From contig CM059432.1 of NCBI GenBank assembly GCA_030390025.1, forward strand, positions 41,604,001 through 41,668,000: a DNA stretch of 64,000 nt. Reading direction: 5' to 3'. This DNA comes from Squalus acanthias (Eukaryota). This document shows positions 23,112 through 37,060 of the stretch, piece by piece; position 1 is the stretch's first letter, and the number at the start of each line of letters is the position of its first letter. The notes beneath the pieces are model-generated. The model was not told the origin of the DNA. It saw only the letters and a program-made list of their open reading frames with translations, and made no database searches. The position numbers and the translations under genes are program-made.

Positions 23112-24035
23112 ATATAAAAACAGAAAATGTTGGAAATACTCAGCAGGTCAGGCAGCATCTGTAGAGAGAGAAACAGAGTTAACGTTTCAGGTCGATGACC
23201 TTTTGTTAGAACTGGAAAAAGTTAGAGATTTTAATCAAGTGCAGGAGCAGGGGGAGGGGAAGAAAGAAGAAAAGGGAAGGTCTGTGATAGGGTGGAAGGC
23301 AGGAGAGATTAAATGATTAAAGGTATGACTGTACAAAACAAAAGGAGATGATAATGGGACAAGTAAAGAAACAAAAGATGAGTCTAGAAGAGGTGTAAAT
23401 GGGAATGGCAGAATCAACAACAGCTGCCATGTGAAAAAATAGGGGCAGAGATTATGGTCTGAAATTGTTGAACTCGATGTTAAGTCCAGAAGGCTGTAAA
23501 GTGCCTAATAGAAAGATGAGGTGCTGTTCCTCGAGCTTACATTGAGCTTCATTGGAACAGTGTAAAAGGCCGAGGACAGAGAGGTCAAAGTGGTAGTGGA
23601 GTGGAGAATTAAAGTGACAGGCAACCGAAAGCTCGGGGTCATGCTTGCAGACTGAACGGAGATGTTCCACAAAGCGGTCACCCAATCTGCGTTTGGTCTC
23701 CCCAATGTAGAGGAGACCGCATAGTGAGCAACGAATACAGTACACTAAATTGCAAAAAGGACAAGTAAATCGCTGTTTCACTTGGAAGGAGTGTTTGGGG
23801 CCCTGGACAGTGGGAAGGGAGGAGGTAAAAGGGCAGGTGTTGCATCGCCTGCGCTTGCACGGGTGCCCTGGGAAGGGATGTTGGGAGTGATAGAGGAGTG
23901 GACCAGGGTGTTGCGGAGGGAGCGGTCCCTTCGGAATGCTGAAAGGGGAGGGGAAGATGTGTTTGGTGGTGGAAAATGATCCATTGACTGTGGAGGCTGG
24001 TGGGGTGAACGGTGAGGACAAGGGGAACCCTATCG
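23112..24035 (-). mobile_element. 5'-truncated Penelope-like retroelement: GIY-YIG endonuclease C-terminus plus 3' pLTR (family A)
   Basis: ORF 23452-24021 reads CKRRRCNTCPF...NLVYCIRCSLCGLLYIGETKRRLGDRFVEH...EQHLIFLLGTLQPSGLN; downstream pLTR has a degenerate hammerhead (about 23177-23213). Confidence 0.88.
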
Positions 24036-24308
24036 TATTATTTTAAAAATCTAGGAATTATCATAATGGAGAAATTTGACATTCCACAAATATAAAATTA
24101 GTTTTTTATGGTCAGAATGGTTGTTCAGCAGTAGTTATTATTCAGATCGCCGTTAAAAACCCAGTTACACCTCATTGAACAAGGTTTAACATTTGTGGGG
24201 GGGTTTTAACAGCGATATCAGAGCGGAAAAGGGGAACTTTTCGTCAGTTCAAGTGATTTCACCAATTGCCGGCTATGGGGAGTTCCACAGTGCAGCCTAT
24301 GTGGGAGT

Positions 24309-27300
24309 ACATAAGAACATAAGAGCGAGCAGGAATAGGCCATACGGCCCCTCGAGCCTGCTCTGCCATTCAATAAGATCATGGCTGATCGTCGACCGCA
24401 ACTCCACTTTCCCGCCCGATCTCCATATCCCTTGATTCCCCTAGAGTCCAAAAATCTATCTTTCTCAGCCTTGAATTTACTCAAAGACTCAGCATTCACG
24501 GGCCTCTGGGGTAGAGAATTCCAAAGATTCACAACCCTCTGAGTGAAGAAATTCCTCCTCATCTCAGTCTTAAATGGCCTACCCATTATCCTGAGACTAT
24601 GCCCCCTAGTTCTAGACACTCCAGCCAGGGGAAACAACCTCTCAGCATCTACCCTGTCAATCCCCTTCAGAATCTTGTATGTTTCAATGAGATCACCGCT
24701 CATTCTTCTAAACTCCAGAGAGTATAGGCCCATTCTACACAATCTCTCATCATAGGACTGCCCTCTCATCCCAGGAATCAATCTAGTGAACCTTCGTTGC
24801 ACCGCCTCCCAGGCAAGTATATCCTTCCTTAGATAAGGAGACCAAAACTGTGCACAGTACTCCAGGTGTGGTCTCACCAAGGCCCTGTACAATCGTAGCA
24901 AGACTTCCTTACTCTTGTACTCCAACCCCCTTGCAATAAAGGCCAACATGCCATTTGCCTTCCTTATTGCTTGCTGTACCTGCATGCTAGCTTTCTGTGT
25001 TTCTTGCACGAGGACACCTAAATCTCTCTGAACACCAACATTTGAAAGTTTCTCACCATTTAAAAAATATTCTGTTTTTCGTTTCTTCCTACCAAAAAGT
25101 GAATAACCTCACATTTCCCTACATTATACTCCATCTGCCACCTACTGCCCACTCACTTAGTCTATCTATATCCCTTTGCAGACTCTTTGTCTTCTCCTCA
25201 CAGCTTACTGTCCCACCTAGCTTTGTATCATCAGCAAACTTGGATACATTACACTCGGTCCCTTCATCTGGGTCATTAATATAGATTGTAAATAGCTGAG
25301 GCCCCAACATTGATCGTTGCGGCACTCCACTAGTTACAGCCTGCCAACCTGAAAAAGATCCGTTTATTCCTACTCTCTGTTTTCTGTCTGTTAACCAATC
25401 CTCTATCCGTGCTATTATATTACCCCAACCCCATGAGCCCTAATCTTGTGTAATAATCTTTTATGTGGCACCTTATCGAATGCCTTTTGGAAATCCAAAT
25501 ATACTACATCCACTGGTTCCCCTTTATCTACCCTGCTATTTACATCCTCAAAAAGTGTAATAAATTTGTCAAACATGATTTCCCTTTCATAAAAGCATGT
25601 TGGCTCTGTCTAATCATGTTATGATTTTCTAAGTGACTTCCTTAACAATGGATTCCAGCATTTTCCCGACGACTAATGTCAGGCTAACTGGCCTGTAGTT
25701 CCCTGTTTTTCTCTCCCTCCTTTCTTGAATAGCGGTGTTACATTTACGACCTTCCAATCCGCTGGGACCTCTCCACAATCTAGGGAATTTTGGAAGATCA
25801 AAACCAATGCATCCACTATCTCTTCAGCCACCTCTTTTAGAACCCTAGGATGTAGGCCGTCGGGTCCAAGGGATTTGTCGGCTTTTAGTCCCATTAGTAT
25901 CTCTAGTACTTTTTCTCTACTTATATTAATTACGTTAATTTCCTCACCCTCATTAGACCCTTGGTTCCCTACCATTTTTGGTATGCTTTTTGTGTCTTCT
26001 ACTGTGAAGACAGATACAAATTATTTGTTTAACGTTTCTGCCAGTTCCTTATTCCCCATAATAATTTCTCCTGTCTCAGCCTCTAAGGGACCAACGTTTA
26101 CTTTTGCTGCTCTTTTTCTTTTTACATACTTGTAGAAACTCTTACAATCGGCTTTTATATTTCTTGCTAGTTTTCTCTCATATTCTATTTTTTTACCTTA
26201 TCAATTTTTTGGTCAACCTTTGCTGGTTTCTGAAACTCTCCCAATCCTCAGGCTTACTATTATTCTTTGCAACATTATAAGCTTCTTCTTTCAATCTAAT
26301 GCTATCCTTAACTTCTTTAGTTAGCCACGGTTGGATCACTTTTCCTGTGGAGTTTTTGTTTCTCAATGGAATGTATTTTTGTTGAGACTTATGAAATATT
26401 TCTTTAAATGCTAGCCACTGCTTATCTACCGCCATACCTTTTAAATCTATTTTTCCAATCTACCTTAGCCAACTCGCCCTTCATACCTATGTAATTGGCT
26501 TCATTTAAGTTTAAGACTCTCGTTTCGGACTTAGGCAAGTCACTCTCAAAATTAACGTAAAATTCTATCATATTATGATCACTCTGCCCCAGAGGATCCT
26601 TTACTATGAGATTGCTAATTAACCCTGTCTCATTACACAATACAAGATCTAAAATAGCCTGTTCCCTGGTTGGTTCCATGACATATTGTTTTAGAAAACT
26701 GTCCCGAATGCATTCCATAAACTCATCCTCCAGGCTGCCTTTGCCAATTTGATTTATCCAGTCTAAATGAAGATTAAAGTCCCCCAAGATTATTGCATTA
26801 CCTTTGTTGCAAGCTCCTACTATTTCTTGATTAATATTCTGTCCAACGGTATAGCTACTGTTAGGGGGCCTATATACTACTCCTACCAGTGTTTTCTGCC
26901 CCTTGTTATTCCTTATCTCCGCCCATAATGATTCTACTTCCTGATCTTCCGAGCAGAGATCCTTTCACAGAATCACAGAATCCCCACAGTGCAGATAGAG
27001 GCCATTTCGGCCCATCGAGCCTGCACCGACACATATCCCACCCTATCCCCGTAACCCCACGTATTTAATCCCCCTAACACTAAGGGTCAATTTATCATAG
27101 CGACCAACCATCAAACCAAATCAACCTAACCCGCACATCTTTGGACTGTGGGAGGAAACCGGAGCACCCGGAGAAAACCCACGCAGACACGGGGAGAATG
27201 TGCAAACTCCAGACAGACAGTCACCCGAGGCCGGATTTGAACCCGGGTCCCTGGCGCTGTGAGGCAACAGTGCTAACCACTATGCCACCGTGTTGCCCAC

Positions 27301-28052
27301 TTTCTCGCTACTGTCCTTATGTCATCCTTTATTATCAGGGCTACTCCCCCTCCTTTTCCATTCTGCCTGTCTTTTCGAAATGTCAAGTACCCTGGAACAT
27401 TTAGTTCCCAACCTTGGCCACCTTGCAACCATGTCTCTGTAATGGCTATTAGATCAAACCCATTTATCTCTATTTGTGCCACTAGTTTGTCTATCTTGTT
27501 ACGAATGCTTCATGCATTCAGATGAAGAGCCTTTAATTTAAATTTTTTACAATTATTCTCTGCTGCACTGCTACCATTAAACTCTGTCCCTTCCTGTCAC
27601 ACTCTGCTTATTTTTACCCAAATTGCTACACTGCTCTATTGCCTTGACCTTTCTTTAGATTTCTAAATTTCTCCTTACCTGACCCTCCCCCCCCCTTTTT
27701 TATTTAGTTTAAAGCCCTATCTACAGCCCCAGTTATTCGATTCGCCAGGACGCTGGTCCCAGCCCGGTTTAAGTGGAGCCCGTCCCGACGGAACAGCTCC
27801 CTCTTTCCCCAGTACTGGTGCCAGTGCCCCATGAATTGAAACCCCTTTTTCCCCACACCACTCTTTCAGCCACGCATTTAACTCTCTGATCTGCTTGACC
27901 CTATGCCAATTTGCATGTGGCTCAGGTAGTAATCCAGAGATTATTACCCTTGCGGTTCTGCTTATTAATTTAGACCCTAGCTCCTCAAACTCCCTCAGCA
28001 GAACCTCATTCTTAGTTCTACCTATGTCATTGGTTCGTACATGGACCACCAT
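24309..28052 (-). mobile_element. CR1 LINE (ORF1 3' part plus degraded ORF2) in the PDP1 intron
   Basis: ORF1 esterase fragment VVHVRTNDIG (27717-28052), APE/RT fragments, tail CATAAGAACATAAG at about 24310. Confidence 0.92.
26967..27299 (-). mobile_element. tRNA-derived V-SINE (HE1-like) inserted in CR1
   Basis: A box GGTGGCATAGTGG, B box GGTTCAAATCC, V-domain GGAGTTTGCACATTCTCCCCGTGTCTGCGTGGG, CR1-like tail (GATTCTGT)n, TSD CTTTC. Confidence 0.9.
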
Positions 28053-28199
28053 AACTGGTGAATGAATGACCGCAACTTCAGGATTTCCGTGTTTATCTGT
28101 GCACGCACTGAATCCTGCGGTTACGCCAAGTTTCAGAGGGGTAATGAGGGCGAACGCAGGCCCTTGTGGGTTTTTTAAAATTCCTATATTCAGCTTAAT

Positions 28200-28870
28200 T
28201 ACCGCAGGTGCTCAGTTTGCAGTGTCCTGTTTTGCTAAGGTTGTGAAGCCAGCGGTTGGCAGCTCGAGGAGCGGCTCCGCCCTCCAGCGCGCCGCTTCCG
28301 GTCCATTTGTTCCACACACTTCCCGGCAACGCCACCACCGGCCCAACGTACAGCTGGTCAACCTGATTCCCAACCTGCCAGCGGCAGCGCATGGGCCGGC
28401 CCTGCCGTTCCCCCTTGTGCACACACAGCACTGGAGCTCGGCTTACCGCCGCCCGGCCCTATAAAACTGCTGGCAGCGTCTGGGTGCGGTTCCCAGCCTG
28501 CGCCGCCACAGGCTGATCCGCAGCGGTCACCGCGCACGGAGAGTCTCACCGGCACGACCGTATCACCCGATTCCCACCCGCTAAGACGTCACACAAAGAA
28601 CTGATACCAACCCGCGTGTCACACCGGACACTGGCTCGACCGCCTCGCGCTCCCGCTCGTTACAACCGAAAGAAACGGTTTCTCAGCCGCGAGTACGCGA
28701 CCAACGTTTGACACCGACACCAGCCCCTTCTCCCGCGCGCTGATTGGCTACCGCGGGGGCGCGGTGGACGTTTTTCGACAGAGACGGCACGCTCAAGGCG
28801 TCAAAAGTTATCGGGGCTGTGCGAGTTTCTATTGGCTGAGAGCGGAGTGTGAGAGGTTGTCGACATCTGC
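28200..28870 (-). promoter_or_regulatory. PDP1: CpG island: probable PDP1 promoter and non-coding exon 1
   Basis: Dense CpG in non-repetitive sequence; donor GCG|GTAAGC at 28447/28446; two CCAAT boxes on the minus strand (about 28743, 28831); CRE-like GACGTCA at about 28585. Linkage to PDP1 is inferred. Confidence 0.7.
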
Positions 28871-29499
28871 AATGTTAGGAATCAGGTGGGGGTGGTCTGT
28901 TTTACCTGCAGGAATAGGCAGTAATATTTTAAATTTTAGTACTAATATTTATGTGCTTCTAATTAGTTATGGCTTCAACTAATCAAAACACAAAGACCCC
29001 AGAAAAAAGGCAAAAGATTGCATATTAAATAAAGGAAATTAAAAGGAAAGCCAAGTTTATGGGTAGAAGTACAAAAATAAAATACTTTAAGTACCAGGTC
29101 CAGAATCCAAAATGAAATTAGATTTTTTTTTTTAGCTCTTTTGGAAAGGGAGAAAGTAACTCTAGCAGCTAAACTCCAAATCCAGTTTCTGCTCTGTCGG
29201 TCTCCTGAACAGTATTCCAGGCTATAGTATCTCCAGGCAGTAGCATCTTAGCTTTGTGCAAATGTGCAACCCTCTTTTCTCTGGGTCCAACAATGGGATT
29301 TTAATGGTCTCTCACTGGCTGGTCGGTATGGTGATGATCTGTTAGTGAGTGACTGATGAGGAAGGAACTGTGACCATAACTGTGGCAGAGTAGTAATTGT
29401 GCCCCACTTTTTTTTTACAGCGGTGGGTAACAAGGAATGAGAGTGTCCTGTCTTGGAGAGGCAGCACACTTGATTAACATATTTAACTCAGGTTCCCAC

Positions 29500-29985
29500 A
29501 GTGCAATTGGGAGCCGGATTTAAATTTAACTGCTGCATCACAGGTTTCCCAGGGCTCAGGAAACCTGGCAGCAAAAGGGGAGGGGGGCGGGAGCGGGAGC
29601 TTCCGGCTCCAGAAGGTACGTGCATTTGATTGCACTCCTTGTGTGGCAGGAGGAGCAGGGTCCAGACCCCTCCCTTCTGATGATAGCAGCCTCTCTCTAG
29701 CCCCATCCACGATCAGCAACCACTCCTCCAAGCTCCGATCTGCAGCCTGCCCCGTGATCCGACCTCGCCCCTCCAGCTCCAATCTGCAGCCTGCCCCGCG
29801 ATAGCCGGGGGCCATCCTCCTGCCGCTAGTTTTCCCGCCCAGCAGCTGGCCAGCCTGTCAATTTAGCCAGCTGCTGGGTGGGAAACTGAGAAAAAAATGA
29901 TAATGAGGTCTTGCCGTTAAATTCAGCAGGACCTCCGCGTCCCTGGCCTTGCCAGGTTTCCCCTGCTCCCCGCAAATATCCGGGT
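29500..29985. mobile_element. GC-rich non-autonomous DNA element (Harbinger-like family)
   Basis: Shares TTTAAATTTAAC...GGTTTCCCAGG and CCGTTAAATT blocks and CGATC repeats with 34233-34969 (inverted). Confidence 0.5.
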
Positions 29986-30146
29986 CAGTGTGTGCATGCC
30001 TAAAAAATCTCTTCAAAATAGCTGTAATTTTTAATTATGAATGCTGTTGTTAACTTGATGGTTCTTTGCGGTTTGTATTTTCACCTATTTGTAGTGGTAA
30101 CAGTACCGATGCTACCAGGTTTCAGATGCTCAGTCTAGTACTTCCA

Positions 30147-32290
30147 CTAAAAGGTATGAAAGTGGATATACAATGGCTAACATTCAAGGAAATAATGCAT
30201 AATTTGCAACAAACATATATTCCTCTAGGGCATAAAAACCCAAAAGGAAAAGTGATCCAACCATGGTTAACAAAAGAAATTAAAGCTAGTATTAAGTCAA
30301 AGGAGGAAGCTTATAAAGTTGCCAGAAAAAGCGGTCAGCCTGAGGATTGGGATCTTTTTAGAAATCAGCAAAGGGGGACCAAGAAATTGATAAAGAAAGG
30401 GAAAATGGAATATGAGCACAAACTAGCGAAAAATATAAAAACGGATTGTAAAAGCTTCTATAGGTATGTGAAAAGGAAAAGACTGGCGAAGGTAAATGTA
30501 GGTCCTTTACAGTCAGAGATGGGAGAATTTATAATGGGGAATGAGGAAATGGCAAAGAAATTAAATAAATACTTTGTTTCTGTCTTCACGGAGGAAGACA
30601 CAAGAAAACTCCCAGAAATACGAGAAAAACAAGGGTGTGGCGAGAATGAGGAACTTAAAGAAATTATTAGTATAAAAACAGTACTAGCAAAATTAATGGG
30701 ACTAAAAGTTGATAAATCCCAAGGACCGGATGACCTGCATCCTAGGGTTTTGAAAGAGGTGGCCATTGGGATAGTGGATGCATTGGTTGTCATCTTCCAA
30801 AATTCTATAGATTCTGGAACGGTTCCTGCAGATTGGAGGATAGCAAATGTAACCCCGCTATTTAAGAAAGGAGGGAAGAGAGAAAACGGGGAACTACAGA
30901 CCTGTTAGCCTCACATCAGTAGTTGGGGAAAATGCTGGAATCTATTATAAAGGATGCAATAACTGGGCACTTAGAAACTAATAGTAAGATTGGGCAGAGT
31001 CAACATGGATTTATGAAAGGGAAATCCTGTTTAACAAACCTATTGGAGTTCTTTGAGGATGTAACTAGTGGAGTAGAAAAAGGGAAACCGGTAGATGTGG
31101 TGTATTTGGATTTTCAGAAGGTCTTCGATAAGGTCCCACACAAGAGGTTGGTGAACAAAATTAGGGCACATGGAATTAGGGGTAATCTACTAGCATGGAT
31201 TGAGAATTGGTTAACAGACAGAAAACAAAGAGTAGGGATAAACGGGTCTTTTTCAGGATGGTAGGCTGTGACTAGTGGGGTACCGCAAGGATCGGTGCTT
31301 GGGTCCCAGCTATTCACAATCTATATCAATGATTTGGATGAGGGGACTAAATGTAACATTTCCAAATTTGCTGATGATACAAAGCTAGGTGGCAGTGTCA
31401 GTTGTAAAGAGGATGTGAAGAGGCTTCAAGGGGATCTTGACAGGCTCAGTGAGTGGGCGAGAACATGGCAGATGGAATATAATGTGGATAAATGTGAAGT
31501 TATCCACTTTGGTAGAAAAAACAGAAAGGCAGAGTATTTCCTAAATGGTGAAAGATTGGGGAATGCAGATGCTCAAAGGGACCTGGGTGTCCTTGTACAT
31601 GAGTCACTGAAAGTGAATGTGCAGGTGGAGCAAGCCATTAGGAAGGCAAATGGTATGCTGGCCTTCATTACAAGAGGATTTGAATACAGGAGTAAAGAAG
31701 TCTTACTCCAATTATATAGGGCCTTGGTGAGACCACACCTGGAGTACTGTGTACAATTTTGGTCTCCTTACCTAAGGAAGGATATACTTGCCATAGAGGG
31801 AGTGCAACGAAGGTTCACGAGATTGATTCCTGGGATGGCGGGACTGTCGTATGAGAAGAGATTGAGTAAACTAAGCCTGTATTCTCTTGAATTCAGAAGA
31901 ATGAGTGGGGATCTCATTGAAGTATACAAAATTATTACAGGGCTTGATAGGGTGGATGCTGGGAGAATGTTTCCCTTGGCTGGAGAGTCTAGAACCAGGG
32001 GCCACAGCCTCAGGATAAAGGGTAGGCCATTCAGGACTGAGATGAGAAGAAATTTCTTCAAAGAGAGGGTGGTGAATCTTTGGAATTTTCTACCCCAGAG
32101 GGCTGTGGAGGCTCAGTCATTGGGTATATTCAAAACAGAAGTCGATAGATTTCTGACTAGTAAGGGCATCAAGGGATATGGCGATAGGGCCGGTGAATGG
32201 AGTTGAGGCAGAAGATCAGCCATGATTTCATTGAATGGCAGGGCAGGCTCAAAGGGCCGAATGGCCTACTCCTGCTCCTATTTCTTATGT
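30147..32290 (+). mobile_element. 5'-truncated CR1 LINE
   Basis: RT ORF fragments 30066-30908, 30923-31264, 31268-32206 and CR1 tail; very similar to the inverted copy at 48983-56648. Confidence 0.93.
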
Positions 32291-34232
32291 ATGACACTAC
32301 CCAGAAGGCTTAACAAAGGCGAGTGGTTAGTAGAACTGCTTACCTATCAAACAATTTTCACTTCTTTTGGTATTTATACCAGTAGCTGAGACAAAACAAG
32401 CAAAAGACTGATCTAATCTATGGTACAGTGTTATTGAAATTATTTTTAAGATACTTCTCCCATCACATAAAGCAGGAGTCCTGTGGGTAGATCTTGACTT
32501 TGTGCGATAGTGTAAAATGGATGATACCGAGTTGGCAGCCTTTTTTATATCTCTCTTGATTTTTATTTCCATTGACCGCATCTCGTAGCAGCCAATTTAG
32601 GCCCAAACTGAAAATAGTTCAGGCTTCCTGACACGGCTTTGGGGAGCAATGTGGCTGATTCGCCAACTTCACACCCTTTTCAGGCAGACGATTAGCCCCT
32701 ATTTAACCTGTGGTTAACTCATGTCATGCCTGACCTGGAAATGTTTGAAGCTGATCCCAGGCACAAAGAAATAGCTCTAATCCTGGTAATCTCTCATTAG
32801 CACAAAGGTTCACTCTTCACCAAGGAAAAACAAATAAAATTTGTTAAAATAAAATAACAAAATTACATAGCATATCATAGTTCTTAATTTACAGTATTGT
32901 CAGAATAAAAAATTAACAACCTTGAAATGTATTTCCTGTTGGTGCAAAAGTACCATCGCAGTCCTCAAAGGGTTAAATAATGGATTGTAAGAAAGAATGG
33001 CCATAAGCAGCGATAATAAGAAACTCCATAGTTTCATGTGGATGGCTTTACCTTTGGAGTGCAATGCTTTTAGTGCCTCTATATATAGAACATTTGATTT
33101 AGGGCCAGCACTGAAATACTCTAATGTCACATGAGCCTTTTCTTCAGAAAGACATGTGCACTAAAGTGCAAAGGTTGCACAGTGGGCTGCTATTACATGT
33201 AATAGATTGGAATATACATGACATATATAACACAGCTTACACAACAAAGTTGACTAGCATTACTAAGTAAAGACTAAAGCAATCTACAGTATCACACTAT
33301 TGCCAGAAATGTTCAATAATTATATAGCATGACACTGGACTACATAGTGTCTCCACAAATTAAATTTATTGTGGGGCCAAGGTGTAATAGGAGTATGGTA
33401 TCTGGGAGCATCTTAAGTGATGGAAGGAAATAATGCCAAGAAAGAAAATCAATTCCTATCGTAACTTCAGACCATCTGAACCCAAGGAGACCATCATGGC
33501 AAGTCAAGCTGGTGCCATTTAACCAGAATCATGTGACACACCGTGCAAAGCAAAATGTCAATTAGACAGTCCATTCAAAGGTCAAGGGGAATGGGCGGGG
33601 GCTCCTAATAAACAGCATAAGGGATTAAGATCATCTGAGATCCCAGTAATGTCCTTGACTCTTTAGGCAGTATAGCTGAATTTAGGGATAAAGAAATGGA
33701 AGGGGCTGCCAGCTATTCCATATAAACATAAATTTGAGGTGGATGCATTCCAGTGATGTAATTGCTCTGGAGTGTGATATATTTAGTGCAGGATCTTGAA
33801 CTGGATCTCTGTCAGTATTTATTTTGTCTGTCAGCAAATAAGAACATAAAAATATTCATCATACTGCAACACATACACAGTTCATACTTTCAGAGTAAGG
33901 CAGGGGTGATTTATCGGTGATTATGTTACAACTGCCCAATTGTTATGGCTTCATGACTCCCCTGACAAAGGGGAACAGCTGAAAGATGGGATTGGAAGGG
34001 GAAGACTGTGGCTGGAATTTTAATGATACATATCCATAAATCTTAGAGAGGCAGCTGTGTCCATGCATAAATCCATAGGATATGCTTTTATTTGCACCAT
34101 ATCATGTTGTGGTGGTGATGATGATAAATCTAACAATTCAATGATTTAATTAAAAAATAACAGTCATTTTGCCTCAGCCAAACTCATGCTACCGATTCAC
34201 TTGAGAAAAACAATTACTAACAGCTTCAATGA

Positions 34233-34969
34233 CCCCGATCTTATTTTAGAAGTGGGGAGCAAGCGGGCGGGGCAAGTTTGCGGCTCAGGTACTACCAAAT
34301 TTAACGGCAGGACCCAATTACCATTTTTTGGCTCCGTTTTCCAGCCATAGCCAGCCAGATTGAGAGGCTGTCAGGCGGGTAGGCCTTTGGCAATAGGCCA
34401 CAGCTAGGGAGAGGAGGGAGGGAGAGAGGGAGAGGAGGGAGAGAGGGAGAGGAGGGAGGGAGAGAGGGATCGGAAAGGCCAGAAAGTGGGGGGGTGGGGG
34501 GATTTGAGATCGGAGGCTGGGGTCGGGTGAAGATTGGGGTCTGGAGCAGAGGAGAGATTGGCGGCCAGAAGGGAGATCGGAAGAGTCTTTGGGGGGGGGG
34601 GGAAGGGGGGGATTGGCGATCGGAAGGGTCGGGGGGGGGGGGGGGGGGGGGGGTGGGGGAGGGGTGAAGCAAGTGAACTGGATCCAGCTGGTAAGTGGAA
34701 AGGCACCGACCTCCTGGATCCAGCAGTCCTCGCCTCCTGAGGCCTGGGAAACCGGCCGACCATGGTTAAATTTAAAATGTTGTTTAAGAGACACGCAGCC
34801 TCATTATAATATTTAAATGACCTACCCGCCTCCTTGAATGGGTTGGTTGCCCACCACATATCCTTTAAAATTGGAAGTGGGTGGGTTGGGGCCGGGTTTC
34901 AGATTTTTAACATTTTTACATCCCTAACCGACGCAAAACCACCCGTTTTTAGGGGTTAAAATTTCCCCC
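34233..34969. mobile_element. GC-rich non-autonomous DNA element with purine-rich low-complexity core
   Basis: End GGGGTTAAAATTTCCCCC resembles Harbinger-type TIRs; GGAGA/GATCGG repeats and poly-G at 34385-34665. Confidence 0.5.
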
Positions 34970-35153
34970 AATGTCTTTGTTACACAAAATAAAATCTAGC
35001 CTATTTGAAAGCAAAACTAATTGTTTTTAAGCTGTATCAATAACATTCGGTGTAACTTTTGCACTCGCTCTCTGTGCAGTTTATAACCCAGAACACATGT
35101 GGCGCCAATTGGGTAAATTACCATAACATTCACAAATTATGAAATTAACTTTG

Positions 35154-35473
35154 TATTTCTCTGTGGACATAAATGGAAAGACCATGTGCTTAATTTGTAA
35201 GCAACAGTCAGCTGTGGCGAAAGAATACAACATTTGAAGATACTATGAAGCAAACCATGGTGAGAAATATGAAAAGTACACAGAAAAGTTCCGTGAAAAG
35301 AAATTCTCTGAATTAGCACCATTGTTTAAAAAGCAGCAATCAATGTTTACTAATGCTCGAGACGTAAGTGATGCTGCTGTTAAGGAGAGATGAAAAAACT
35401 GTGTCATTGAAATGTGTCACCATTTTTGGAGGGAGAATTTTTGAACAACTGCATGCTAAAAGCTACTGAAATG
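35154..35473 (+). mobile_element. hAT (Charlie/Buster, GTF2IRD2-like) transposase N-terminal remnant
   Basis: Manual translation: YFSVDINGKTMCLICKQQSAVAKEYNI*RYYEANHGEKY...KKQQSMF...DAAVK, then PFLEGEFLNNCML. Confidence 0.75.
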
Positions 35474-35484
35474 GAGCAGCGCAT

Positions 35485-37060
35485 GGGGCAATTAAAATGG
35501 TTGAAAATATGTTCGCATCCGGAAGCCGGCTTCAACGCGCCGACTTCCAGGTTTAACTCTGTAACTCTGGTGCGTTCGGCTTGTTGCGCATAAGAGGTGG
35601 GTTAGCAATTTAAATATGTTAATCGCTCAATTCTAGTGATATTTCAACCTACATTCAAAATTAGCACCGCATCCACGGGTTTCCGGGGCTTCTTGAGACT
35701 CACCATTGAAATCAAGGAGAGAACAGAACGGACATTCATGGGGCTCATTAAATCTCAGGCAAATACAGCAATAAATACTCAGTGCTCACAGCTGCTTTCT
35801 TACCGACCACTGGGAAAGGGTTTGTTCAGAGTACTTGTGGCGAGAGGTTAGTTTCTGCACTTTGCAGATATCAGAACAAGATGGGTGGCGCCTTGGCTGC
35901 CTTAGATTGGACCTTGGATGAGGAGCAAGATGACCATCAGCAGCAACAGCCTGTTGTGCAGAGATCTGCAGGTGGTGAGCAGAGAGGAGAGCAGCAGCAG
36001 CAACAGCCTGCTGTGGAGAGACCTGCAGATGTCGAGCAGGAAGGGGAGCAGCAGAGGGGTCGAGGTTGTAGGAGGCACTACCCACATAACAGGATGTACA
36101 GGCAGAGGCTCAGCTTCCTTGACCTCTGAAGAACAGTACCTCCAGCGGCGGAGGTAGTTGCGTCAGGTTGTGGCAGATATCTGCAGCCTCCTAGAAGACG
36201 ACCTGCTCCCTGCTGAACCTGGTGCCCACATATTACCAGTGGCTGTGAAAGTGACCACCGCACTCAATGTTTTTGCCTCCGGATCCTTCCAGGGTGCTAC
36301 TGGAGACATATCCAGGATCAGATGGCAGCACACAAATGCATAAGGAGGTCACTGATGGGTTGTTTGCCAGGGCCGGCAATTATGTCAACTTCGCCTGTGA
36401 GGACGCCAGTCAGAATGAGTGGGTGCTCAGGTTTGCGCCTCTGGCTGGCTTCCCACAGGTGCAGTGAGTCATCGACTGCACGTGACATTCCATGCATCCC
36501 CATATCAACCAGGAGTATTCGTAAACCGCAAAGGGTTCTACTCCATCAATGTGCAACCACAAGAAAAAGTTTATGTAGGTGTGCGCCAGATTCCCGGGGA
36601 ACTTCCACGATGCTTTTGTCCTGCGGCAGTCCAAGCTCCATGACCTCTTTGGACCGGCAAGCAGACTTAAGGGGTGACTGCTAGGAGACAAAAGATATCC
36701 CAATCAAACTTGGCTGATGACACCCGTGAGAAACCCAACAGCAGTAAAATGAAAGCCATTTGACAACCAGATGAGTCATTGAGCAAGTGATCGCTATGCT
36801 CAAGATGCACTTCAGGTGCCTGGACAGATCTGGAGGTGCCCTTCAGTTCTCACCAGCCAGTGTCTCCAGAATGATCGTGGTATGCTGTGCTCTGCACCAC
36901 ATTGCGCAGCAGCAAGGATTGGAGCCACAGGAGGAACAAGGCACTGAGCACACATTGTCTGCAGACGAATCCGAGGAGGAAGAGAAAGATGGCGACCCCA
37001 ACACAGCGCCAGCTGCTCACATTGCTGCCTGGGATGCCAGGGATTCCCTTCGGTTCAGTT
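35485..37060 (+). mobile_element. PIF/Harbinger transposon with degraded DDE nuclease gene
   Basis: [63 protein letters not shown]...VCCALH in shifting frames. Confidence 0.85.

Noticed and set aside
32300..34200. Exons of syntenic neighbours such as TMEM67 or CDH17
   Set aside because: No recognisable peptide in any frame I could read; small exons cannot be excluded without a search.
34301..34859. Pro/Gly-rich ORFs
   Set aside because: Low-complexity interior of a repeat element.
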